A stretch of DNA of 64,000 nt from Methanomethylovorans hollandica DSM 15978. GTDB lineage: Archaea > Halobacteriota > Methanosarcinia > Methanosarcinales > Methanosarcinaceae. The DNA lies in assembly GCF_000328665.1 (NCBI RefSeq), contig NC_019977.1, positions 1,178,001 through 1,242,000 of the forward strand, given 5' to 3'. Below, one piece after another: positions 1 through 9,686 of the stretch (positions are counted from its first letter, which is position 1; the number at the start of each line of letters is the position of its first letter). The position numbers and the translations under genes were made by a program. The notes under the pieces were generated by a model. The model was not told the DNA's origin, ran no database searches, and was given only the letters and a program-made list of their open reading frames with translations.

Positions 1-31
1 GAAAAAAGATCGATTCCTTGTATATGCCACG

Positions 32-1141
32 GTGTTCCTAATAATGGGATTATCCAACGCTGTTATACCAGTATTGCCCGAGCTGGCATCCAGGGACCAT
101 ATGTCCCATAGTGCCTTAGCTTCTTCCTTACTGTTTTCTGCATATTTTATTGGTGCACTGGTTACGATGTTGCCTTTTGGCCTTCTTTCTGACAGGTATG
201 GCAGAAAGAGACTTATTGTTTTCAGTATGTTTCTCACATCTATTTCAGGAATTATGTTGCTGGAACTACAAGACACTTATTGGCTCACTCTTGCAAGGCT
301 TATAGAAGGTACTGCATGCGGAGCTTTTTTTCCTTCAGCACATTCGTTACTCTCAGAATACCGAGAGAAAAGCAGATTCTTTGGCGAATTTAATTTTCTG
401 CTCAATGCCGGTTTGGCAGCAGGTGTTGTTATTTCGGGGTATGTCGCACAGGACTACATCAAAGGAGGTATCTTCCTGTTCACGGTAGCTTCGATCTTAT
501 TACTATTCATAGGCATCCGGGAGCTATACCATGCAAAAAAAGTGAGAGATAACACAACCAGCAGCTCAGTCAATCTTCAAATACACTCTGTTTCCGAGAT
601 AAGAGATCTATCTTTTAGAAAAAATTATCTTATGATCTGGTCAAGTTCATTTTTGCTTTTTGGAGTTACAGGAGTGGTACTTTCCCTATATCCGGATTAT
701 AGTGCAGGCCTTTTGAACAAGGCGGAACTTGGTATGGCCCTTGCAGGGATGTACGCAAGTTCAATGATAACCACTCTTATTGCAGGAAGACTTCGGCTGC
801 ATTATGGCATAATGATCCGAAGTGGGGTTATCCTTGCTGCACTGGGTACTATACTCGCAGTGTATTATCCGATATACGGTTTCATTCTGATAGGTATAGG
901 ATCGGGCATAGGCCTGATAGGTCTTCCGGTTGCAGTATCTTATATGCAGAATGACAGGGGCCTTTTGATGGGCATATTCAACACATATACCTACGCCGGC
1001 ATGGGATTCATGCCTATCATCGCAGGTGCACTGGTACCAGAGATGGGCTTCAGAATGGTTTTTTTCTTTTGCAGCCTTGCCCTTTGTCTACCCCTGTTAA
1101 TGAAAAACAGAGTGGAAAGTGAGAGAAAAGTACAGATCTGA
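32..1141 (+). CDS. MFS transporter (true start may lie upstream of the window)
   Basis: Many hydrophobic segments; MFS motif A 'GLLSDRYGRKR'. Confidence 0.85.
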   Translation: MFLIMGLSNAVIPVLPELASRDHMSHSALASSLLFSAYFIGALVTMLPFGLLSDRYGRKRLIVFSMFLTSISGIMLLELQDTYWLTLARLIEGTACGAFFPSAHSLLSEYREKSRFFGEFNFLLNAGLAAGVVISGYVAQDYIKGGIFLFTVASILLLFIGIRELYHAKKVRDNTTSSSVNLQIHSVSEIRDLSFRKNYLMIWSSSFLLFGVTGVVLSLYPDYSAGLLNKAELGMALAGMYASSMITTLIAGRLRLHYGIMIRSGVILAALGTILAVYYPIYGFILIGIGSGIGLIGLPVAVSYMQNDRGLLMGIFNTYTYAGMGFMPIIAGALVPEMGFRMVFFFCSLALCLPLLMKNRVESERKVQI

Positions 1142-1219
1142 TTTTATATCAGGCCCATCTCTTTTCTCGCCGTACATAAAATAGAAACTTTATTATATTA
1201 AACAGTTTATTAAAACTTC

Positions 1220-2680
1220 ATGGTCAACTCAATAACAGTACCGATCAATAAAAACAAAATTACATCCTGCTTTTTTTTGTTCGTACTTTCCATCTATTGT
1301 ATTTTGTCGGTGGTGCCTGCAACTGCATACACTGAGGTCATGGTCAATCCTGTTAATACTCCCTCAGGCCTGGTCATTGTGATCGTGGATGGATTAGGTT
1401 CACCATACATCTATCCAGAACATATACCACATTCCCTCGACGGTGAGTCTCTGGAAGTACCAGTTTTCTACAATATATCAATGTTAGGTGCGACAGGAAC
1501 TAAAGTATCGGCCGTCAGGGCACCACAAACATATACAGAGGCAGGTCATTCTGTACTTGTTACAGGTGATCCAAAAGCACTTTCGAATACTGTAAAACTA
1601 CCAATGTCCACAATATATGACATTGCCCGTGAATATAATTATCTGGCATTTGGAATTATGGAAAAAGGAGATTCTGCCAGTATGTGTGACGAACATGATG
1701 TAATAGTTCACGACTCTGCCAATTCCATGAAAGCCCCGGAAATGGTAGTAAAATCGTCACCAACTGCCTCATATAACACAGTTTGCATGGAAATTAAAGA
1801 GATCATGGAAGAGCAAGCCATGAAACTGCCTGCCCAGCTGCAGGAATCAAAACAGTCTTCCCAGGAAAGATATGACACATATGACAGATGGGCTTTGAGC
1901 ACAGCCGCACAGGTTGTTGAATGTATGGCTGAAGAGGCCCCTGATCAGAAATATATCCTGACAGTAAATGTCGGAGCTGTCGATGCTGCAGGCCATTACA
2001 GAAAATATGATGGCTACATAAAGACCATCGAGGGACTGGACAAGGATATTATGTCACTGTACCAGACATGCACAGAAAACAATATTGCATTCATATTTAC
2101 AGCAGACCACGGGATGGGTTTTACATCATCTGACAGCAAAGGAGGACATCAGTCGGATACTTATTCAGGCATGGATGAAACTCAGATGGTACCTTTTATA
2201 GTACATGCACCAGATGTGCCCGCAAAAGTGATCTATGAGGAATATGGACAACAAGACATTGCTCCCACGGTGCTGAACATACTCAACCTTCCTAACGGAT
2301 TAAAGAAGTCCATTGGCTCCCAGATACCTTTAAAGGCGCATACGACCCTGGGTGTGCGCAGCCAGTCTGTAGGTACTGTTGAACTCTGGGCAGAGGAAAA
2401 ATTGATGACAAGTTCCTCCAATGATGATAACTATCTATTTATCGGACTTGACAGAGATAAAAAATACACTGTCAAGTATATACCAGTTAGCAAGAAATCT
2501 CAGATATTGTTGCAGGAAATCGAGCCAGGTTCAGATCAGCTTGTCGTTATCAGTATGGATATTTCCGGCCAGGAAAAGACAGATTACTGGAAGCCTAGGT
2601 ATATAATAGGAGCTTGCGTAATCCTATTGATCAATATAGTCGGATTGCTGTATATCATAAGTATACTGAAAGAGCAATAA
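1220..2680 (+). CDS. Alkaline phosphatase/sulfatase-superfamily membrane-anchored metalloenzyme
   Basis: Metal motifs 'VIVDGLG', 'DAAGH', 'TADHG', 'QDIAPT'; N-terminal signal and C-terminal TM helix. Confidence 0.7.
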   Translation: MVNSITVPINKNKITSCFFLFVLSIYCILSVVPATAYTEVMVNPVNTPSGLVIVIVDGLGSPYIYPEHIPHSLDGESLEVPVFYNISMLGATGTKVSAVRAPQTYTEAGHSVLVTGDPKALSNTVKLPMSTIYDIAREYNYLAFGIMEKGDSASMCDEHDVIVHDSANSMKAPEMVVKSSPTASYNTVCMEIKEIMEEQAMKLPAQLQESKQSSQERYDTYDRWALSTAAQVVECMAEEAPDQKYILTVNVGAVDAAGHYRKYDGYIKTIEGLDKDIMSLYQTCTENNIAFIFTADHGMGFTSSDSKGGHQSDTYSGMDETQMVPFIVHAPDVPAKVIYEEYGQQDIAPTVLNILNLPNGLKKSIGSQIPLKAHTTLGVRSQSVGTVELWAEEKLMTSSSNDDNYLFIGLDRDKKYTVKYIPVSKKSQILLQEIEPGSDQLVVISMDISGQEKTDYWKPRYIIGACVILLINIVGLLYIISILKEQ

Positions 2681-2987
2681 CACTAGTACGTCGGCATCAA
2701 TGTCTGGTATTGGGTAAAGATTACTCGAAGTGGGCAGTATGCCTGAATACCTTGCAAAACTGTTAGAACTATGTCGGTAATGGAAAACATCCTGATCCTT
2801 GAAAAACCTGTGATGCACCTTTGGTTACCGTGCATGGTAGTGTGATTTGCAAGGCAACAAATATACGTGTTTGGAGAAAGAAGTGAAAAGTACCAACTTA
2901 TAGAAATGACCGTGTTTGCTTTATGAACTGTTTTATTCATGATAAAGTCTATTAACAATTGTGAACATACTATAATGGGGTGATAAC

Positions 2988-3209
2988 ATATCTACAGTAG
3001 AGATAGATGTGAGAGGTCAGACGTGCCCGGTGCCACTTGTTGAATGCCGCAAAGCCCTTCGAAAAGCCTCTCCAGGGGACGAGGTGGTGGTAATAGGCAC
3101 ACATCCGGCATCAAAGAAGGAAATTCCCATGGCATGCGAGTCTCTTGGTCTTGATGTCCTGGCAGTGGAAGAAAAAGGCGATGAATGGAAGATCAGGATA
3201 CGCAGGTAG
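2988..3209 (+). CDS. tusA: TusA/SirA-family sulfur carrier (start uncertain: ATA 2988 or GTG 3009)
   Basis: 'IDVRGQTCPVP' CPxP motif; first gene of the sulfur/Fe-S cluster. Confidence 0.8.
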   Translation: MSTVEIDVRGQTCPVPLVECRKALRKASPGDEVVVIGTHPASKKEIPMACESLGLDVLAVEEKGDEWKIRIRR

Positions 3210-3219
3210 GTTTGATCAT

Positions 3220-3639
3220 ATGGGGAATAAAGCTGTAATTGTGGTCCATAGCGGGGATATGGATAAGATATATAGTGCTTTGATCATAGGGAATGGTGCA
3301 CTTTCCATGGGCCTTGAGTCATCCCTATATTTTACTTTCTGGGGTTTGCAACGACTAAAGAAAGGGGGTCTTGAAGCTGGCCCGCTTTCAAAGATGCACA
3401 TGTTGGGGCTCGGCAAATGGATGGTAAAGAAAAGAATGACCAAAGCCAATGTAGTTTCCCTGGAAAAGCTTATGCAGGATTATAAGGAGCTGGGTGGTCG
3501 GATCATCGCCTGTGAGATGACCATGGAGATAATGGGCATTAAGAAAGAAGACCTGCGTACGGATTGGATCGATGAGTACGGGGCGGTAGGTACATACATA
3601 CACGAAGCAAAAGATGCCAGTATCACTCTTTTCATTTGA
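3220..3639 (+). CDS. DsrE/DsrF-like (DrsE_2) protein
   Basis: 'LYFTFWGL', 'IIACEMTM', 'GAVGTY' motifs; ATG at 3220. Confidence 0.8.
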   Translation: MGNKAVIVVHSGDMDKIYSALIIGNGALSMGLESSLYFTFWGLQRLKKGGLEAGPLSKMHMLGLGKWMVKKRMTKANVVSLEKLMQDYKELGGRIIACEMTMEIMGIKKEDLRTDWIDEYGAVGTYIHEAKDASITLFI

Positions 3640-3651
3640 AGGAGATAGAAT

Positions 3652-4821
3652 ATGTTCGACAAGATAACTTATCTGGACAACGCAGCCAGCACTCGTCTGG
3701 ATGAACGTGTCCTGGAAGCTATGAAGCCTTATTTCTTCGATACTTATGCAGTGGCAACCTCAGAGTTTGGCTATTCCATGGGCATAGATGCAAAGGAAGG
3801 ACTCATGGATGCCAGAGGATCAATAGCGAAAACCCTTGGTGCATCGGAAGAAGAACTTGTGTTCACTTCTGGAGAAACGGAATCCAGCAACATGGCAATT
3901 AAAGGTGTTGCAGCTGCCCTCAGGAAGAAAAAGGGCTCACACATAATAGTATCCCGTATAGAGGACTTTCCGGTGCTCAATACAGCAAAGAGCCTGGAAA
4001 GGCAAGGATACAAAGTAGACTATCTGAATGTGGATAGCGAGGGAACTGTGGATCTTGACCAGCTTGGCAGCCTTATAAATAAAGAAACTGCATTAGTATC
4101 CATCCAGCATGCAAATCAGGAAATAGGTACATTACAGGACATCAAGGCGATCGCAGACATCTGCAACGAAAAAGATGTACTTCTGCATACTGATGCGACA
4201 CATACTTTTACCCGGGTGCCGCTGGACGTGAGCAAGATCCCTGTGGACCTGGTGACAATATCTGCACATACTATACACGGTCCAAGGGGAGTTGGTGCCC
4301 TCTATGTACGTGAAGGCACACCTTTGGAAAAATGGATGGACGGAGGCTACCAGGAATTAAACCGTAGAGCTGGTCTGGAAAATATCCCGGGTGCTGTGGG
4401 ATTTGCAAAGGCTGTGGAGCTTGTAACGCCTGAAGAAAATGCATCTCTTGCCAGGATGCGGGACCACACGATAAGCAAGGCTCTGGAAGACATTCCCCAT
4501 GTTACGCTCAACGGTAGTCGCAATGATCGCACACCACAGAATGCCAATCTCACATTCCATTATGTAGAAGGAGAATCCATGACACTGCATCTGGATATGC
4601 GAGGCTTTGCGGTGAGCACTGGTTCTGCATGTTTCAGCAGATCATTGGAAGCCAGCCACGTGATCCTGGGTATAGGCGGTGATCATGAAAGGGCACATGG
4701 TTCTCTGAGATTCACTTTTGGCAGGTATAACACTATGGAAGATGTGGATGCTATCCTCGGTGCCCTGAAGGAGATCGTGGAAAAACTTAGAGAGATAAGT
4801 CCGTTATATGCTAAAAAATGA
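3652..4821 (+). CDS. iscS: IscS/NifS-like cysteine desulfurase homolog lacking the PLP lysine
   Basis: 'YLDNAAST', 'FTSGETESSN', 'STGSACFS'; SAHK replaced by SAHT. Confidence 0.85.
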   Translation: MFDKITYLDNAASTRLDERVLEAMKPYFFDTYAVATSEFGYSMGIDAKEGLMDARGSIAKTLGASEEELVFTSGETESSNMAIKGVAAALRKKKGSHIIVSRIEDFPVLNTAKSLERQGYKVDYLNVDSEGTVDLDQLGSLINKETALVSIQHANQEIGTLQDIKAIADICNEKDVLLHTDATHTFTRVPLDVSKIPVDLVTISAHTIHGPRGVGALYVREGTPLEKWMDGGYQELNRRAGLENIPGAVGFAKAVELVTPEENASLARMRDHTISKALEDIPHVTLNGSRNDRTPQNANLTFHYVEGESMTLHLDMRGFAVSTGSACFSRSLEASHVILGIGGDHERAHGSLRFTFGRYNTMEDVDAILGALKEIVEKLREISPLYAKK

Positions 4822-4830
4822 GGTGACAGT

Positions 4831-5469
4831 ATGAAGTTTCCTTATACTGAGAAAGTATTAGAACATTTCCGCAATCCTAAGAACGTGGGAAAGCTGGAGG
4901 ATGCAGATGGAAAAGGCCTGGAAGGCAGCCCTGCCTGCGGAGATATGGTTGCAGTCTATCTGAAAGTGGATCCTAAGACTACGGTGATAGATGATATAAA
5001 GTTCGAATCCTATGGATGCGCCTCCAATATCGCCACTGCATCTATTATTACCGAAATGGCAAAAGGAAAGACCATAGCTGATGCAAAGAAGATCACATGG
5101 CAGGAGGCCACTGATGAACTGGGAGGCTTGCCCCCCGTAAAAAGGCATTGCTCGGTGCTGGCAGTGGAGGGTTTGAGATCTGCGATACGAGACTATGAGG
5201 AAAAGCACGGTCTGGTAAGTGAGCAGGAACCAACCACTGAAGAGGTTGTAAGAAGCAGGCTTAAGCATGTCATGAATCCCATGGCAGGGCTTGATATAGT
5301 TCGTACGGAACTGGTTACCAAGATCGAGGTTAAGGAAGGTATTGTCCGGGTTGTCCTTGATCTGCCTTCCAACCATCAGTTCGCAAATGCCATAAAGGAG
5401 GATCTCGTAGAAAAACTGGAAGCACTGTGGGATGTCAAAGAGGTAAAGGTGGTCTTTACCGAAGGCTAA
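4831..5469 (+). CDS. iscU: IscU/NifU scaffold with C-terminal DUF59-like domain
   Basis: 'EHFRNPKNVG', 'PACGD', 'GCASNIA', 'LPPVKRHCS'; C-terminal 'LKHVMNPMAGLDIV'. Confidence 0.85.
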   Translation: MKFPYTEKVLEHFRNPKNVGKLEDADGKGLEGSPACGDMVAVYLKVDPKTTVIDDIKFESYGCASNIATASIITEMAKGKTIADAKKITWQEATDELGGLPPVKRHCSVLAVEGLRSAIRDYEEKHGLVSEQEPTTEEVVRSRLKHVMNPMAGLDIVRTELVTKIEVKEGIVRVVLDLPSNHQFANAIKEDLVEKLEALWDVKEVKVVFTEG

Positions 5470-5484
5470 GACAAAGGATACGGT

Positions 5485-6027
5485 ATGCCCATGAATGAAA
5501 AGCAGGAAATGATTATTAGAAGAGCTCTGGAACTCGGATTAAGAGCATATCCTGTAAAAACAGCGGGTATACCCGTGGAAAACAGGGCACGAATAAAGTG
5601 TGAATATGGGTGCAGAGGTTATGGCAAACGCTTAAGCTGCCCTCCCCATATCATGGATATCGATGAGTTCAGAAAGATCCTTCTTGAATACGATAAGGCC
5701 CTGCTGCTGATCGGAGAGCATGATATGTCCCATGAACCCGATATTTTTAGGGCATGGTCTCATTTGCGCAAGGAATCTTTTCATAAAATGCTGGAGCTGG
5801 AATACCTTGCCTTCAGGGAAGGTTTTACCTATGCTCAGTTGCTGCGGCCGGGTGCATGCAATGAGTGTGATGTGTGCGCCGAACAATGCAGAAAGCCGGA
5901 ATTGCGCAGATTCCCCCCGGAAGCTGTTGGTATCAACGTGGGAAAGATCATGGACACAGTAGGTGAAACTTTTGTTTTTTGCGATCCTTCTGACATTAAG
6001 TGTGTTGGGATCCTGCTCATAGAATAA
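5485..6027 (+). CDS. DUF2284 metal-binding protein
   Basis: 'CEYGCRGYGKRLSCPP', 'GACNECDVC', 'PPEAVGINV'. Confidence 0.75.
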   Translation: MPMNEKQEMIIRRALELGLRAYPVKTAGIPVENRARIKCEYGCRGYGKRLSCPPHIMDIDEFRKILLEYDKALLLIGEHDMSHEPDIFRAWSHLRKESFHKMLELEYLAFREGFTYAQLLRPGACNECDVCAEQCRKPELRRFPPEAVGINVGKIMDTVGETFVFCDPSDIKCVGILLIE

Positions 6028-6041
6028 GGATATCTTGAGAA

Positions 6042-6758
6042 ATGAACTCAAAAGAAACTCTCAAAAAGGAAACTGCGGCTGTTTCTAATAGATATGTACT
6101 GATGGGAGACAAAGAAACAGATCCAGAGAAAAAAGAGCACTATTACAGACTGGCTCTTGAAGTGGAACCAAAAAATGTATCTGCTCTCAATAAAATGGGC
6201 CTTTTCTCCTATCAGAACGGAAAGCTCCGGGAAGCTATCCGGTTCTTTGATGCCGTGATCGGCTCCGGGAAAGTGCAGAACCTGTATCCGATCTATTTCA
6301 ATAAAAGTATGGTCTTGAAAGAATTGAAGGAATACGAGGCTGCACTTAATTATATTAATAAAGCCTTGAAATTCGATCCCCAAAACCTGCAGGCTGAAGT
6401 AATAAAAAAAGAACTTCAGGATATAGTTGATGAAAAGTACAGACGGCAGGATGAAAGAGAGAAACAGGCTGCATATAGTACTACTTTTAAAAAAGAGAAG
6501 AGATACAGTTCCTGGGACCCTCCCACTATATCCATACTTGCGCACATGATATATTACAAGGATTGGCATCTATACAAACATCGCAGGAACTTTGAGATCA
6601 CCGTTACACAGAGGGAAAAGATAGCTTCCAAGCTTGCAAGTAAGGAATTCTGTTGTGGGAAATGTAATTTTTACAGAAACAACAGTACGTGCAAAAAGAA
6701 AAAAAATATACAGGTAGATACGCAAGCTATCTGCAAAGCTTTTCAGCCCGGGAATTAA
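6042..6758 (+). CDS. TPR-repeat protein with Cys-rich C-terminus
   Basis: TPR-like helices ('ALEVEPKNVSALNKMG', 'ALKFDPQN'). Confidence 0.7.
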   Translation: MNSKETLKKETAAVSNRYVLMGDKETDPEKKEHYYRLALEVEPKNVSALNKMGLFSYQNGKLREAIRFFDAVIGSGKVQNLYPIYFNKSMVLKELKEYEAALNYINKALKFDPQNLQAEVIKKELQDIVDEKYRRQDEREKQAAYSTTFKKEKRYSSWDPPTISILAHMIYYKDWHLYKHRRNFEITVTQREKIASKLASKEFCCGKCNFYRNNSTCKKKKNIQVDTQAICKAFQPGN

Positions 6759-6959
6759 TTGGTTTATATATTGCTGACAGCTAGTTTTTCTACGGGTTGG
6801 TGCCAACAATTATATATAGTATAAACTCAACTTATGATTGCTTTAAGATAGAAACTGTTTAGATAAACGTATTGGCCTTAAATAGTGTTACTTTTCCGTA
6901 TATACTGTTTTTCCGTTATGTTTTCATTATAGTTGGGTCTTTTAAGCTAATATAAGGAC

Positions 6960-7172
6960 GTGAAATATTTGTTCGGAAATGAACCAACTGCCCCAGTGGA
7001 TGCTGGAAAGGAATATGAAGTAAAGATAGAGGACATCGCAAGAGAGGGAGATGGCATTGCCAGAGTTAGTGGTTTTGTTATTTTCGTGCCCGGTACTTCC
7101 GTAGGCGATGAAGTGACTATAAAGGTCACAAAGGTAATGCGCAAGTTCGCATTTGCCGAAGTCAGCAACTAA
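6960..7172 (+). CDS. Single-TRAM-domain RNA chaperone (archaeal cold-shock type)
   Basis: '[40 protein letters not shown]'; adjacent to a DEAD-box helicase. Confidence 0.9.
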   Translation: MKYLFGNEPTAPVDAGKEYEVKIEDIAREGDGIARVSGFVIFVPGTSVGDEVTIKVTKVMRKFAFAEVSN

Positions 7173-7285
7173 GTTGTATTTTTCAAGGTGGGATGGAGCA
7201 TTATCATCTCCTCTCATCTTTCTTATTATCTGTTTTTGAAACATGAAAAACGTAATTGTGCGATTAGCACACAGGAATTTTTAGC

Positions 7286-8410
7286 ATGGATAAAATTACA
7301 TTTAACGATCTGAATTTATCTTCAGATATCAAGAAAGCAATTGAACACATGGGATTCTTACATCCTACTCCCATACAGATACAGGCCATTCCTCATATAC
7401 TTGAAGGAAAGGACATCATAGGTCAGGCAGAAACAGGCACAGGTAAGACCGCAGCATTTGGAATACCTGCACTGGAAATGGTGGATATCACACAAAAGAG
7501 AGTACAAGTCCTTGTACTTTGCCCAACAAGAGAACTTGCAAACCAGGTTGCTGAAGAGATAAACCTGCTTTCAAGATATAAGGATATAAAGGTCCAATCT
7601 ATATATGGCGGTCAATCCATTGAAAGGCAGATCCGGACTTTAAAGAAAGGAGTTCATATGGTCATAGGTACTCCGGGAAGAGTAATGGATCATCTTCAGC
7701 GTAACACGCTCAAACTTGACAACTTAAAAATGCTTGTGCTGGATGAAGCGGACAAGATGCTGGATATGGGATTCCGAGAGGATATAGAAGTTATTCTGAC
7801 CAGAGCTCCTGAAAGAAGACAAACGATCCTCTTTTCTGCAACTATGCCAAAGCCCATTATGAAACTAACAACACAGTATCAGCATGAACCTTTGTTAATT
7901 AAGACCCAGCAGAAGAACATCAATGTTCCTCAGATAGAACAGTTCTATTTTAACACAAAGGGTAGATCAAAGCACGATATCCTGTGCCGTGTCATAGATA
8001 ACTATGAAATGAAGTCTTCTCTTGTATTCTGCAACACCAAAAAAGGTGTGGATGAACTGGTAGGTACTCTCAGAAGAAGAGGATACCTGGCTGATGGGCT
8101 TCATGGAGATATGGGGCAGAGGCAAAGGGATGAAGTAATGTCTGGTTTCAGGAACGGAACTATAGAAACTCTTGTGGCTACAGATGTGGCTTCCCGAGGT
8201 ATAGATGTGAAGAACATCGAAGCTGTGTTCAATTATGATATTCCACAGGATACCGAATCCTATATTCATAGAATTGGCAGGACCGGAAGGGCCGGAAAAG
8301 AAGGGAGAGCCTTTACATTCGCTGCCAGCAGGGAAGTATACAGGATCAAGAATATACAAAAGTATACCAATACTGTGATCCGCTGCAAGGAACTGCCGGC
8401 TATCCAGTAG
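7286..8410 (+). CDS. DEAD-box RNA helicase (core only)
   Basis: Q motif, 'ETGTGKT', 'PTRELA', 'DEAD', 'SAT', 'HRIGRTGR'. Confidence 0.95.
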   Translation: MDKITFNDLNLSSDIKKAIEHMGFLHPTPIQIQAIPHILEGKDIIGQAETGTGKTAAFGIPALEMVDITQKRVQVLVLCPTRELANQVAEEINLLSRYKDIKVQSIYGGQSIERQIRTLKKGVHMVIGTPGRVMDHLQRNTLKLDNLKMLVLDEADKMLDMGFREDIEVILTRAPERRQTILFSATMPKPIMKLTTQYQHEPLLIKTQQKNINVPQIEQFYFNTKGRSKHDILCRVIDNYEMKSSLVFCNTKKGVDELVGTLRRRGYLADGLHGDMGQRQRDEVMSGFRNGTIETLVATDVASRGIDVKNIEAVFNYDIPQDTESYIHRIGRTGRAGKEGRAFTFAASREVYRIKNIQKYTNTVIRCKELPAIQ

Positions 8411-8717
8411 AACAGTCAAAAGCGCATCGGCGATAGAATATCCCTTGGAAAAGGTCAAGGGATATTTAACATCCAGAACTTTTTTTATCGAATGCTTCAG
8501 ATGATCAGACCTGAAACCAATACGAGGGCAACGATCATGAGCAGGTAAGTGGCCAGAACGATAGCTACTCTCTTTAAGCGTTTTTTACTTTGCATACCTA
8601 CCACAAATAAAACCACTATATACCAATATATATGTCTTTCTAATATGCTCAATGGCCTGAATTAAAGACATCCATCAAACCGTAAAGTAGAAAAAATAAT
8701 GGCAGTATGTACACAAT

Positions 8718-8972
8718 ATGAGTGGGGTTACTATCGAATATGATGAATGGCTCAATGCGCTTTTAGATGTGTATAGATTTCGTATTTCTATTCTGAATGA
8801 ACATCTTAGTTCAATGCCCGTCAAAACAAAAGAAAATGGATCTCAATGCCACCAATTGGAGTGCCAATTGCTCGCACTTAAGGAAATCTTTTCTGAGCTT
8901 GAAGCACGTGGAACACAGGGAAGAACAACAATAGAAAATGATGCAGATCAGTCTAAAATTACCTTGACGTGA
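8718..8972 (+). CDS. Hypothetical protein
   Basis: 84-aa ORF with helical character. Confidence 0.4.
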   Translation: MSGVTIEYDEWLNALLDVYRFRISILNEHLSSMPVKTKENGSQCHQLECQLLALKEIFSELEARGTQGRTTIENDADQSKITLT

Positions 8973-9311
8973 TCAGATGCAAAGATTGTAGACCTTTGAT
9001 GCTCTTCTGCCAGATGAAAAGTCACAACCTGTCTGAATATTTTAGTGCTTATACTACTGATTTTGCCCAATCTGCGGCTCTTTAGTAATGTAAAAGATCA
9101 GTCTGGGAAAAAAAGAGATTCCCGTATAGGGTATTCTTGCTAATTTATGCCCTCGATCCATGTTGGTTGGTAACAGGTTTTATACTCAGTGGATATGTGA
9201 ATGATCTAAAGGGACCTGTGGAGAAAAGTCAATCACACATAATACATGGGTTTATTTAAATAGAATATCTTTAAAAGCAGCAATCGCCTTGAAACCCATA
9301 ATGTGCTTCAA

Positions 9312-9386
9312 TGGGCCTGACCGGATTTGAACCGGTGGCCGCCCGGTTATGAGCCGGGCGCTCTAACCTGACTAAGCTACAGGCCC
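9312..9386 (-). tRNA. tRNA with CAT anticodon, most likely tRNA-Ile2
   Basis: Reverse complement GGGCCTGTAGCTTAGTCAGGTTAGAGCGCCCGGCTCATAACCGGGCGGCCACCGGTTCAAATCCGGTCAGGCCCA folds as a cloverleaf; GGGCC acceptor is typical of archaeal Ile2. Confidence 0.9.
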
Positions 9387-9408
9387 ACCACGTAAAAGAG
9401 TTTGAAAA

Positions 9409-9481
9409 CGCCGCCAACAGGGCTCGAACCTGTGACATTCTGGTTAACAGCCAGACACTCTACCAACTGAGTTATGGCGGC
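9409..9481 (-). tRNA. tRNA-Asn(GTT)
   Basis: Reverse complement GCCGCCATAACTCAGTTGGTAGAGTGTCTGGCTGTTAACCAGAATGTCACAGGTTCGAGCCCTGTTGGCGGCG folds as a cloverleaf. Confidence 0.95.
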
Positions 9482-9686
9482 TTGTATCTGCGCCCTACGC
9501 GCGAAACGTCTTAATGCCCTTATTGTTTTTAAACCTTGTGTTCAAGATGCTCTTTTCATTGCCTGATTACTAAGAAAATACGTGTAAATTGAGACTATTA
9601 GAAAATATTGTATATATTTAAGTAGAATAGTTTACCTCATCAATATAAGAAAAAAAGAATTTGTCACATATATTGGTTACTACGCC

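Noticed and set aside
8408..8470. Pyrrolysine read-through of the helicase TAG
   Set aside because: The in-frame sequence after TAG shows no recognisable DeaD C-terminal similarity; the helicase core is already complete.
9312..9481. tRNA genes as the proviral attachment site
   Set aside because: No duplicated tRNA 3' end found near the integrase, and ordinary host genes separate the tRNAs from the viral genes.
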